From: the human T2T-CHM13v2.0 reference genome, Homo sapiens | DNA: 64,000 bases | Reading direction: 5' to 3' | Assembly (NCBI GenBank): GCA_009914755.4 | Contig: CP068257.2 | Coordinates: forward strand, 1,344,001 to 1,408,000 | The notes under the pieces: generated by a model | Database searches by the model: none | Seen by the model: the letters and a program-made list of their open reading frames with translations, nothing else | Told to the model about the DNA's origin: nothing | Made by a program: the position numbers and the translations under genes | In this document: piece after piece, positions 14,701 to 29,199 of the stretch | How positions within the stretch are numbered: the stretch's first letter is position 1 | Layout: the number at the start of each line of letters is the position of its first letter

Positions 14701-17700
14701 TACCCCAAATATATATTATATACTCTACATGAAATATCAAAGTTCACAAACTATATATTATATACTGTAAATAAAATATCAAAGTACCCAAGGTATATAT
14801 TCTATACTGTACAAAAAATATCAAAGTACCCAAAGCATGTATTATATACTGTATATAAAATATGAAAGTACATCAAATATATATTTTATTCTGCACATAA
14901 AATATCAAAGTACACCAGATATATATTCTATAGTGTACATAAAATAACAAAGTACACAAACTATAAATTATATACTGTACATAAAATATGAAATTACATC
15001 AAATATATATTAGGTACATAAAATATGAAAGTACATCAAATATAGATTATATACTGTACATAAAATATCAATGTACCCCAAATATATATTTTATACTCTA
15101 CATGAAATATCAAAGTTCACAAACCATATATTATATACTGTACATAAAATATCAAAGTACCCAAGGTATATATTCTATACTGTACAAAAAATATCAAAGT
15201 ACTCAAAGCATGTATTATATACTGTACATAAAATATGAAAGTACATCAAATATATATTTTATTCTGTACATAAAATATCAAAGTACTCCAGATATATATT
15301 CTATAGTGTACATAAAATATCAAAGTACCCAAACTATACATTATACACTGTACATAAAATATGAAATTACATCAAATATATATTATATTAGGTACATAAA
15401 ATATGAAAGCACATCAAATATAGATTATATACTGTACATTAAATACCAAAGTACCCCACATATATATTTTATACTGTACATCAAAATCAAAGTTCACAAA
15501 CTATATATTATATACTGTACATAAAATATCAAAGTATCCATGGTATATATTCTATACTGTACAAAAAATATCAAAGTACCCAAAGCATGTATTATATACT
15601 GTACATAAAATATGAAAGTACATCAAATATATATTTTATTCTGTACATAAAATATCAAAGTACACCAGATATATATTCTATAGTGTACATAAAATATCAA
15701 AGTACCCAAACTATACATTATATACTGTACATAAAATATGAAATTACATCAAATATATATTATATTAGGTACATAAAATATGAAAGTACATCAAATATAG
15801 ATTATATACTGTACATAAAATATCAAAGTACCCCAAATATATATTATATACTCTACATGAAATATCAAAGTTCACAAACTATATATTATATACTGTACAT
15901 AAAATATCAAAGTACCCAAGGAATATATTCTATACTGTACAAAAAATATCAAAGTACCCAAAGCATGTATTATATACTGTATATAAAATATGAAAGTACA
16001 TTAAATATATATTTTATTCTGTTTGTAAAATATCAAAGTACACCAGATATATATTCTATAGTGTACATAAAACAACAAAGTACACAAACTATAAATTATA
16101 TACTGTACATAAAATATGAAATTACATCAAATATATACTAGGTACATAAAATATGAAAGTACATCAAATATAGATTATATACTGCACATATAATATCAAT
16201 GTACCCCAAATATATATTTTATACTCTACATGAAATATCAAAGTTCACAAACCATACATTATATACTGTACATAAAATATCAAAGTACCCAAGGTATATA
16301 TTCTACACTGTACAAAAAATATCAAAGTACCCAAAGCATGTATTATATACTGTACATAAAATATGAAAGTACATCAAATATATATTTTATACTGTACATA
16401 AAATATCAAAGTACACCAGATATATATTCTATAGTGTACATAAAATATCAAAGTACCCAAACTATACATTATATACTGTACATAAAATATGAAATTACAT
16501 CAAATATATATTAAGTACATAAAATATGAAAGTACATCAAATATAGATTATATACTGTACATAAAATATCAATGTACCCCAAACATATATTTTATACTCT
16601 ACATGAAATATCAAATTTCACAAACCATATATTATATACTGTACATAAATATCAAAGTACCCAAGGTATATATTCTATACTGTACAAAAAATATCAAAGT
16701 ACCCAAAGCATGTATTATATACTGTACATAAAATATGAAAGTACATCAAATATATATTTTATTCTGTACATAAAATATCAAAGTACACCAGATATATATT
16801 CTATAGTGTACATAAAATATCAAAGTACTCAAACTATACATTATATACTGTACATAAAATATGAAATTACATCAAATATATATTAGGTACATAAAATATG
16901 AAAGTACATCAAATATAGATTATATACTGTACATAAAATATCAAAGTACCCCAAATATATATTATATACTCTACATGAAATATCAAAGTTCACAAACTAT
17001 ATATTATATACTGTACATAAAATATCAAAGTACCCAAGGTATATATTCTATACTGTACAAAAAATATCAAAGTACTCAAAGCATGTATTATATACTGTAC
17101 ATAAAATATGAAAGTACATCAAATATATATTTTATTCTGTACATAAAATATCAAAGTACACCAGATATATATTCTATAGTGTACATAAAATATCAAAGTA
17201 CCCTAACTATACTTTATACACTGTACATAAAATATGAAATTACATCAAATATATATTATATTAGGTACATAAAATATGAAAGCACATCAAATATAGATTA
17301 TATACTGTACATTAAATACCAAAGTACCCCAAATATATATTTTATACTGTACATCAAAATCAAAGTTCACAAACTATATATTATATACTGTACATAAAAT
17401 ATCAAAGTATCCATGGTATATATTCTATACTGTACAAAAAATATCAAAGTACCCAAAGCATGTATTATATACTGTACATAAAATATGAAAGTACATCAAA
17501 TATATATTTTATTCTGTACATAAAATATCAAAGTACACCAGATATATATTCTATAGTGTACATAAAATATAAAAGTACCCAAACTATACATTATATACTG
17601 TACATAAAATATGAAATTACATCAAATATATATTATATTAGGTACATAAAATATGAAAGTACATCAAATATAGATTATATACTGTACATAAAATATCAAA

Positions 17701-18056
17701 GTACCCCAAATATATATTATATACTCTACATGAAATATCAAAGTTCACAAACTATATATTATATACTGTACATAAAATATCAAAGTAACCAAGGTATATA
17801 TTCTATACTGTACAAAAAATATCAAAGTACCCAAAGCATGTATTATATACTGTATATAAAATATGAATGTACATCAAATATATATTTTATTCTGTACATA
17901 AAATATCAAAGTACACCAGATATATATTCTATAGTGTACATAAAATAACAAAGTACAAAAACTATAAATTATATACTGTACATAAAATATGAAATTACAT
18001 CAAATATATATTAGGTACATAAAATATGAAAGTACATCAAATATAGATTATATACT
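8763..18056 (+). repeat. Segmental duplication, copy 1 (about 9.3 kb of array)
   Basis: Shares runs of rare variants with 20278-29199 at a constant offset of 11515 bp, dropping to 11143 bp after a roughly 372-bp (one-HOR) difference near 16.5-16.9 kb. E-prime sits at 8763 and 20278. Identical 258-codon stop-free stretches lie at 13864-14640 and 25379-26155, both carrying the rare gcatcaaatatagatt (ESASN) variant. The stretch 11353-11949 matches the end of 21998-23464, including the KYK, VITSK and GMYSKLSKK variants. 12104-12736 matches 23619-24251 and 14988-15524 matches 26503-27039. Confidence 0.75.
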
Positions 18057-20277
18057 GTACATAAAATATCAAAGTACCCAAAGCATGTATTATATACTGT
18101 ACATAAAATATGAAAGTACATCAAATATATATTTTATTCTGTACATAAAATATCAAAGTACACCAGATATATATTCTATAGTGTACATAAAATATCAAAG
18201 TACCCAAACTATACATTATATACTGTACATAATATATGAAATTACATCAAATATATATTATATTAGGTACATAAAATATGAAAGTACATCAAATATAGAT
18301 TATATACTGTACATTAAATACCAAAGAACCCCAAATATATATTATATACTCTACATGATATATCAAAGTTCACAAACCATATAATATATACTGTACATAA
18401 AATATCAAAGTACCCAAGGTATATATTCTATACTGTACAAAAAATATCAAAGTACCCAAAGCATGTATTATATACTGTACATAAAATATGAAAGTACATC
18501 AAATATATATTTTATTCTGTACATAAAATATCAAAGTACACCAGATATATATTCTATAGTGTTCATAAAATATCAAAGTACCCAAACTATACATTATATA
18601 CTGTACATAAAATATGAAATTACATCAAATATATATTATATTAGGTACATAAAATATGAAAGTACATCAAATATAGATTATATACTGTACATTAAATACC
18701 AAAGTACCCCAAATATATATTTTGTACTGTACATGAAATATCAGAGTTCACAAACTATATATTATATACTGTACATATAATATCAAAGTACCCAAGGTAT
18801 ATATTCTATACTGTACAAAAAATATCAAAGTACCCAAAGCATGTATTATATACAGTACATAAAATATGAAAGTACATCAAATATATATTTTATTCTGTAC
18901 ATAAAATATCAAAGTACACCAGATATATATTCTATAGTGTACATAAAATAACAAAGTACACAAACTATAAATTATATACTGTACATAAAATATGAAATTA
19001 CATCAAATATATATTAGGTACATAAAATATGAAAGTACATCAAATATAGATTATATACTGTACATAAAATATCAATTTACCCCAAATATATATTTTATAC
19101 TCTACATGAAATACCAAAGTTCACAAACCATACATTATATACTGTACATAAAATATCAAAGTACCCAAGGTATATATTCTATACTGTACAAAAAATATCA
19201 AAGTACCCAAAGCATGTATTATATACTGTACATAAAATATGAAAGTACATCAAATATATATTTTATTCTGTACATAAAATATCAAAGTACACCAGATATA
19301 TATTCTATAGAGTACATAAAATATCAAAGTACCCAAACTATACATTATATAATGTACATAAAATATGAAATTACATCAAATATATATTATATTAGGTACA
19401 TAAAATATGAAAGTACATCAAATATAGATTATATACTGTACATAAAATATCAAAGTACCCCAAATATATATTATATACTCTACATGAAATATCAAAGTTC
19501 ACAAACTATATATTATATACTGTACATAAAATATCAAAGTACCCAAGGTATATATTCTATAATGTACAAAAAATATCAAAGTACCCAAAGCGTGTATTAT
19601 ATACTGTATATAAAATATGAAATTCCATCAAATATATATTTTATTCTGTACATAAAATATCAAAGTACACCAGATATATATTCTATAGTGTACATAAAAT
19701 ATCAAAGTACCCAAACTATACATTATATACTGTACATAAAATATGAAATTACATCAAATATATATTATATTAGGTACATAAAATATGAAAGTACATCAAA
19801 TATAGATTATATACTGTACATTAAATACCAAAGTACCCCAAATATATATTTTATACTGTACATGAAATATCAAAGTTCACAAACTATATATTATATACTG
19901 TACATAAAATATCAAAGTACCCAAGGTATATATTCTATACTGTACAAAAAATATCAAAGTACCCAAAGCATGTATTATATACTGTACCTAAAATATGAAA
20001 GTACATCAAATATATATTTTATTCTATACATAAAATATCAAAGTACACCAGATATATATTCTATAGTGTACATAAAATATCAAAGTACCCAAACTATACA
20101 TTATATACTGTACATAAAATATGAAATTACATCAAATATATATTATATTAGGTACATAAAATATGAAAGTACATCAAATATAGATTATACACTGTACATA
20201 AAATATCAAAGTACCCCAAATATATATTATATACTCTACATGAAATATCAAAGTTCACAAACTATATATTATATACT

Positions 20278-23200
20278 GTACATAAAATAAAGTCCCCAAG
20301 GTATATATTCTATACTGTAGAAAAAATATCAAAGTACCCAAAGCATGTATTATATACTGTATATAAAATATGAAAGTACATCAAATATATATTTTATTCT
20401 GTACATAATATATCAAAGTACACCAGATATATATTCTATAGTGTACATAAAATAACAAAGTACAAAAACTATAAATTATATACTGTACATAAAATATGAA
20501 ATTACATCAAATATATATTAGGTACATAAAATATGAAAGTACATCAAATATAGATTATATACTGTACATAAAATTTCAATGTACCCCAAATATATATTTT
20601 ATACTCTACATGAAATATCAAAGTTCACAAACCATATATTATATACTGTACATAAAATATCAAAGTACCCAAGGTATATATTCTATACTATACAAAAAAT
20701 ATCAAAGTACCCAAAGCATGTATTATATACTGTACCTAAAATATGAATGTACATCAAATATATATTTTATTCTGTACATAAAATATCAAAGTACACCAGA
20801 TATATATTCTATAGTGTACACAAAATATCAAAGTACCCAAACTATACATTATATACTGTACATAAAATATGAAATTACATCAAATATATTTTATATTAGG
20901 TACATAAAATATGAAAGTACATCAAATATAGATTATATACTGTACATAAAATATCAAAGTACCCCAAATATATATTATATACTCTACATGAAATATCAAA
21001 GTTCACAAACTATATATTATATACTGTACATAAAATATAAAAGTACCCAAGGTATATATTCTATACTGTAGAAAAAATATCAAAGTACCCAAAGCATGTA
21101 TTATATACTGTATATAAAATATGAAAGTACATTAAATATATATTTTATTCTGTTTATAAAATATCACAGTACACCAGATATATATTCTATAGTGTACATA
21201 AAATAACAAAGTACACAAACTATAAATTATATACTGTACATAAAATATGAAATTACATCAAATATATATTAGGTACATAAAATATGAAAGTACATCAAAT
21301 ATAGATTATATACTGTACATATAATATCAATGTACCCCAAATATATATTTTATACTCTACATGAAATATCAAAGTTCACAAACCATACATTATATACTGT
21401 ACATAAAATATCAAATTACCCAAGGTATATATTCTATACTGTACAAAAAATATCAAAGTACCCAAAGCATGTATTATATACTGTACATAAAATATGAAAG
21501 TACATCAAATATATATATTATTCTCTACATAAAATATCAAAGTACACCAGATATATATTCTATAGTGTACATAAAATATCAAAGTACCCAAACTATACAT
21601 TATATACTGTACATAAAATATGAAATTACATCAAATATATTTTATATTAGGTACATAAAATATGAAAGTACATCAAATATAGATTATATACTGTACATGA
21701 AATACCAAAGTACCCCAAATATATATTTTATACGGTACATGAAATATCAAAGTTCACAAACTATATATTATATACTGTATATAAAATATCAAAGTATCCA
21801 AGGTATATATTCTATACTGTACAAAAAATATCAAAGTACCCAAAGCATGTATTATATACTGTACATAAAATATGAAAGTACATCAAATATATATTTTATT
21901 CTGTACATAAAATATCAAAGTACACCAGATATATATTCTATAGTGTACATAAAATATCAAAGTACCCAAACTATACATTATATACTGTACATAAAATATG
22001 AAATTACATCAAATTTATATTAGGTACATAAAATATGAAAGTACATCAAATATAGATTATATACTGTACATAAAATATCAAAGTACCCCAAATATATATT
22101 ATATACTCTACATGAAATATCAAAGTTCACAAACCATATATTGTATACTGTACATAAAATATCAAAGTACCCAAGGTATATATTCTATACTGTACAAAAA
22201 ATATCAAAGTACCCAAAGCGTGTATTATATACTGTATATAAAATATGAAAGTACATCAAATATATATTTTATTCTGTACATAAAATATCAAAGTACACCA
22301 GATATATATTCTATAGTGTACGTAAAATATCAAAGTACCCAAACTATACATTATATACTGTACATAAAATATGAAATTACATCAAAAATATTTTATATTA
22401 GGTACATAAAATATGAAAGTACATCAAATATAGATTATATACTGTACATAAAATATCAAAGTACCCCAAATATATATTATATACTCTACATGAAATATCA
22501 AAGTTCACAAACCATATATTGTATACTGTACATAAAATATCAAAGTACCCAAGGTATATATTCTATACTGTACAAAAAATATCAAAGTACCCAAAGCGTG
22601 TATTATATACTGTATATAAAATATGAAAGTACATCAAATATATATTTTATTCTGTACATAATATATCAAAGTACACCAGATATATATTCTATAGTGTACA
22701 TAAAATATCAAAGTACCCAAACTATACATTATATACTGTACATAAAATATGAAATTACATCAAATATATATTATATTAGGTACATAAAATATGAAAGCAC
22801 ATCAAATATAGATTATATACTGTACATTAAATACCAAAGTACCCCAAATATATATTTTATACTGTACATCAAATATCAAAGTTCACAAACTATATATTAT
22901 ATACTGTACATAAAATATCAAAGTACCCATGGTATACATTCTATACTGTACAAAAAATATCAAAGTACCCAAAGCATGTATTATATACTGTACATAAAAT
23001 ATGAAAGTACATCAAATATATATTTTATTCTGTACATAAAATATCAAAGTACACCAGATATATATTCTATAGTGTACATAAAATATAAAAGTACCCAAAC
23101 TATACATTATATACTGTACATAAAATATGTAATTACATCAAAAATATATTATATTAGGTACATAAAATATGAAAGTACATCAAATATAGATTATATACTG

Positions 23201-26200
23201 TACATAAAATATCAAAGTACCCCAAATATATATTATATACTCTACATGAAATATCAAAGTTCACAAACTATATATTATATACTGTACATAAAATATCAAA
23301 GTACCCAAGGTATGTATTCTAAACTCTCCAAAAAATATCAAAGTATCCAAAGCATGTATTATATACTGTATATAAAATATGAAAGTACATTAAATATATA
23401 TTTTCTTCTGTACATAAAATATCAAAGTACACCAGATATATATTCTATAGTGTACATAAAATAACAAAGTACACAAACTATAAATTATATACTGTACATA
23501 AAATATGAAATTACATCAAATATATATTAGGTACATAAAATATGAAAGTACATAAAATATAGATTATATACTGTACATATAATATCAATGTACCCCAAAT
23601 ATATATTTTATACTCTACATGAAATATCAAAGTTCACAAACCATACATTATATACTGTACATAAAATATCAAAGTACCCAAGGTATATATTCTATACTGT
23701 ACAAAAAATATCAAAGTACCCAAAGCATGTATTATATACTGTACATAAAATATGAAAGTACATCAGATATATATTTTATTCTGTACATAAAATATCAAAG
23801 TACACCAGATATATATTCTATAGTGTACATAAAATATAAAAGTACCCAAACTATACATTATATACTGTACATAAAATATGAAATTACATCAAATATATAT
23901 TATATTAGGTACATAAAACATGAAAGTACATCAAATATAGATTATATACTGTACATAAAATATCAAAGTACCCCAAATATATATTATATACTCTACATGA
24001 AATATCAAAGTTCACAAACTATATATTATATACTGTACATAAAATATCAAAGTACCCAAGGTATGTATTCTATACTGTCCAAAAATTATCAAAGTATCCA
24101 AAGCATGTATTATATACTGTATATAAAATATGAAAGTACATTAAATATATATTTTATTCTGTACATAAAATATCAAAGTACACCAGATATATATTCTATA
24201 GTGTACATAAAATATAAAATACCCAAACTATACATTATATACTGTACATAAAATATGTAATTACATCAAAAATATATTATATTAGGTACATAAAATATGA
24301 AAGTACATCAAATATAGATTATATACTGTACATAAAATATCAAAGTACCACAAATATATATTATATACTCTACATGAAATATCAAAGTTCACAAACTATA
24401 TATTATATACTGTACATAAAATATCAAAGTACCCAAGGTATGTATTCTATACTGTCCAAAAAATATCAAAGTATCCAAAGCATGTATTATATACTGTATA
24501 TAAAATATGAAAGTACATTAAATATATATTTTATTCTGTACATAAAATTTCAAAGTACACCAGATATATATTCTATAGTGTACATAAAATAACAAAGTAC
24601 ACAAACTATAAATTATATACTGTACATAAAATATGAAATTACATCAAATATATATTAGGTACATAAAATATGAAAGTACATCAAATATAGATTATATACT
24701 GTACATAAAATATCAAAGTACCCCAAATATATATTATATACTCTACATGAAATATCAAAGTTCACAAACCATACATTATATACTGTACATAAAATATCAA
24801 AGTACCCAAGGTATATATTCTATACTGTACAAAAAATATCAAAGTACTCAAAGCATGTATTATATACTGTATATAAAATATGAAAGTACATCAAATATAT
24901 ATTTTATTGTGTACATAAAATATCAAAGTACACCAGATATATATTCTATAGTGTACATAAAATATCAAAGTACCCAAACTATACATTATACACTGTACAT
25001 AAAATATGAAATTACATCAAATATATATTAGGTACATTAAATATGAAAGTACATCAAATATAGATTATATACTGTACATAAAATATCAAAGTACCCCAAA
25101 TATATATTATATACTCTACATGAAATATCAAAGTTCACACACTATATATTATATACTGTAAATAAAATATCAAAGTACCCAAGGTATATATTCTATACTG
25201 TACAAAAAATATCAAAGTACCCAAAGCATGTATTATATACTGTACATAAAATATGAAAGTACATCAAATATATATTTTATTCTGTACATAAAATATCAAA
25301 GTACACCAGATATATATTCTATAGTGTACATAAAATAACAAAGTACACAAACTATAAATTATATACTGTACATAAAATATGAAATTACATCAAATATATA
25401 TTAGGTACATAAAATATGAAAGTGCATCAAATATAGATTATATACTGTACATAAAATATCAATGTACCCCAAATATATATTTTATACTCTACATGAAATA
25501 TCAAAGTTCACAAACCATATATTATATACTGTACATAAAATATCAAAGTACCCAAGGTATATATTCTATACTGTACAAAAAATATCAAAGTACACAAAGC
25601 ATGTATTATATACTGTACATAAAATATGAAAGTACATCAAATATATATTTTATTCTGTACATAAAATATCAAAGTACACCAGATATATATTCTATAGTGT
25701 ACATAAAATATCAAAGTACCCAAACTATACATTATACACTGTACATAAAATATGAAATTACATCAAATATATATTATATTAGGTACATAAAATATGAAAG
25801 CACATCAAATATAGATTATATACTGAACACTAAGTACCAAAGTACCCCAAATATATATTTTATACTGTACATCAAATATCAAAGTTCACAAACTATATAT
25901 TATATACTGTACATAAAATATCAAAGTACCCATGGTATATATTCTATACTGTACAAAAAATATCAAAGTACCCAAAGCATGTATTATATACTGTACATAA
26001 AATATGAAAGTATATCAAATATATATTTTATTCTGTATATAAAATATCAAAGTACACCAGATATATATTCTATAGTTTACATAAAATATCAAAGTACCCA
26101 AACTATACATTATATACTGTACATAAAATATGAAATTACATCAAATATATATTAGGTACATAAAATATGAAAGTACATCAAATATAGATTATATACTGTA

Positions 26201-29199
26201 CATAAAATACCAAAGTACCCCAAATATATATTATATACTCTACATGAAATATCAAAGTTCACAAACTATATATTATATACTGTAAATAAAATATCAAAGT
26301 ACCCAAGGTATATATTCTATACTGTACAAAAAATATCAAAGTACCCAAAGCATGTATTATATACTTTATATAAAATATGAAAGTACATCAAATATATATT
26401 TTATTCTGCACATAAAATATCAAAGTACACCAGATATATATTCTATAGTGTACATAAAATAACAAAGTACACAAACTATAAATTATATACTGTACATAAA
26501 ATATGAAATTACATCAAATATATATTAGGTACATAAAATATGAAAGTACATCAAATATAGATTATATACTGTACATAAAATATCAATGTACCCCAAATAT
26601 ATATTTTATACTCTACATGAAATATCAAAGTTCACAAACCATATATTATATACTGTACATAAAATATCAAAGTATCCATGGTATATATTCTATACTGTAC
26701 AAAAAATATCAAAGTACTCAAAGCATGTATTATATACTGTACATAAAATATGAAAGTACATCAAATATATATTTTATTCTGTACATAAAATATCAAAGTA
26801 CTCCAGATATATATTCTATAGTGTACATAAAATATCAAAGTACCCAAACTATACATTATACACTGTACATAAAATATGAAATTACATCAAATATATATTA
26901 TATTAGGTACATAAAATATGAAAGCACATCAAATATAGATTATATACTGTACATTAAATACCAAAGTACCCCACATATATATTTTATACTGTACATCAAA
27001 ATCAAAGTTCACAAACTATATATTATATACTGTACATAAAATATCAAAGTATCCATGGTATATATTCTATACTGTACAAAAAATATCAAAGTACCCAAAG
27101 CATGTATTATATACTGTACATAAAATATGAAAGTACATCAAATATATATTTTATTCTGTACATAAAATATCAAAGTACACCAGATATATATTCTATAGTG
27201 TACATAAAATATCAAAGTACCCAAACTATACATTATATACTGTACATAAAATATGAAATTACATCAAATATATATTATATTAGGTACATAAAATATGAAA
27301 GTACATCAAATATAGATTATATACTGTACATAAAATATCAAAGTACCCTAAATATATATTATATACTCTACATGAAATATCAAAGTTCACAAACTATATA
27401 TTATATACTGTACATAAAATATCAAAGTACCCAAGGTATATATTCTATACTGTACAAAAAATATCAAAGTACCCAAAGCATGTATTATATACTGTATATA
27501 AAATATGAAAGTACATTAAATATATATTTAATTCTGTTTGTAAAATATCAAAGTACACCAGATATATATTCTATAGTGTACATAAAACAACAAAGTACAC
27601 AAACTATAAATTATATACTGTACATAAAATATGAAATTACATCAAATATATACTAGGTACATAAAATATGAAAGTACATCAAATATAGATTATATACTGT
27701 ACATATAATATCAATGTACCCCAAATATATATTTTATACTCTACATGAAATATCAAAGTTCACAAACCATACATTATATACTGTACATAAAATATCAAAG
27801 TACCCAAGGTATATATTCTACACTGTACAAAAAATATCAAAGTACCCAAAGCATGTATTATATACTGTACATAAAATATGAAAGTACATCAAATATATAT
27901 TTTATTCTGTACATAAAATATCAAAGTACACCAGATATATATTCTATAGTGTACATAAAATATCAAAGTACTCAAACTATACATTATATACTGTACATAA
28001 AATATGAAATTACATCAAATATATATTAGGTACATAAAATATGAAAGTACATCAAATATAGATTATATACTGTACATAAAATATCAAAGTACCCCAAATA
28101 TATATTATATACTCTACATGAAATATCAAAGTTCACAAACTATATATTATATACTGTACATAAAATATCAAAGTACCCAAGGTATATATTCTATACTGTA
28201 CAAAAAATATCAAAGTACTCAAAGCATGTATTATATACTGTACATAAAATATGAAAGTACATCAAATATATATTTTATTCTGTACATAAAATATCAAAGT
28301 ACACCAGATATATATTCTATAGTGTACATAAAATATCAAAGTACCCAAACTATACTTTATACACTGTACATAAAATATGAAATTACATCAAATATATATT
28401 ATATTAGGTACATAAAATATGAAAGCACATCAAATATAGATTATATACTGTACATTAAATACCAAAGTACCCCAAATATATATTTTATACTGTACATCAA
28501 AATCAAAGTTCACAAACTATATATTATATACTATACATAAAATATCAAAGTATCCATGGTATATATTCTATACTGTACAAAAAATATCAAAGTACCCAAA
28601 GCATGTATTATATACTGTACATAAAATATGAAAGTACATCAAATATATATTTTATTCTGTACATAAAATATCAAAGTACACCAGATATATATTCTATAGT
28701 GTACATAAAATATAAAAGTACCCAAACTATACATTATATACTGTACATAAAATATGAAATTACATCAAATATATATTATATTAGGTACATAAAATATGAA
28801 AGTACATCAAATATAGATTATATACTGTACATAAAATATCAAAGTACCCCAAATATATATTATATACTCTACATGAAATATCAAAGTTCACAAACTATAT
28901 ATTATATACTGTACATAAAATATCAAAGTAACCAAGGTATATATTCTATACTGTACAAAAAATATCAAAGTATCCAAAGCATGTATTATATACTGTTTAT
29001 AAAATATGAAAGTACATTAAATATATATTTTATTCTGTACATAAAATATCAAAGTACACCAGATATATATTCTATAGTGTACATAAAATAACAAAGTACA
29101 CAAACTATAAATTATATACTGTACATAAAATATGAAATTACATCAAATATATATTAGGTACATAAAATATGAAAGTACATCAAATATAGATTATATACT
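20278..29199 (+). repeat. Segmental duplication, copy 2 (partner of 8763-18056)
   Basis: See copy 1. The copy lacks one HOR that is present in copy 1 at about 16.49-16.86 kb. That HOR carries attaagtac and the 2-bp deleted gtacataaatatcaaag. The two copies diverge after about 18.05 / 29.19 kb, where copy 1 has a 3-monomer deletion. Confidence 0.75.
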
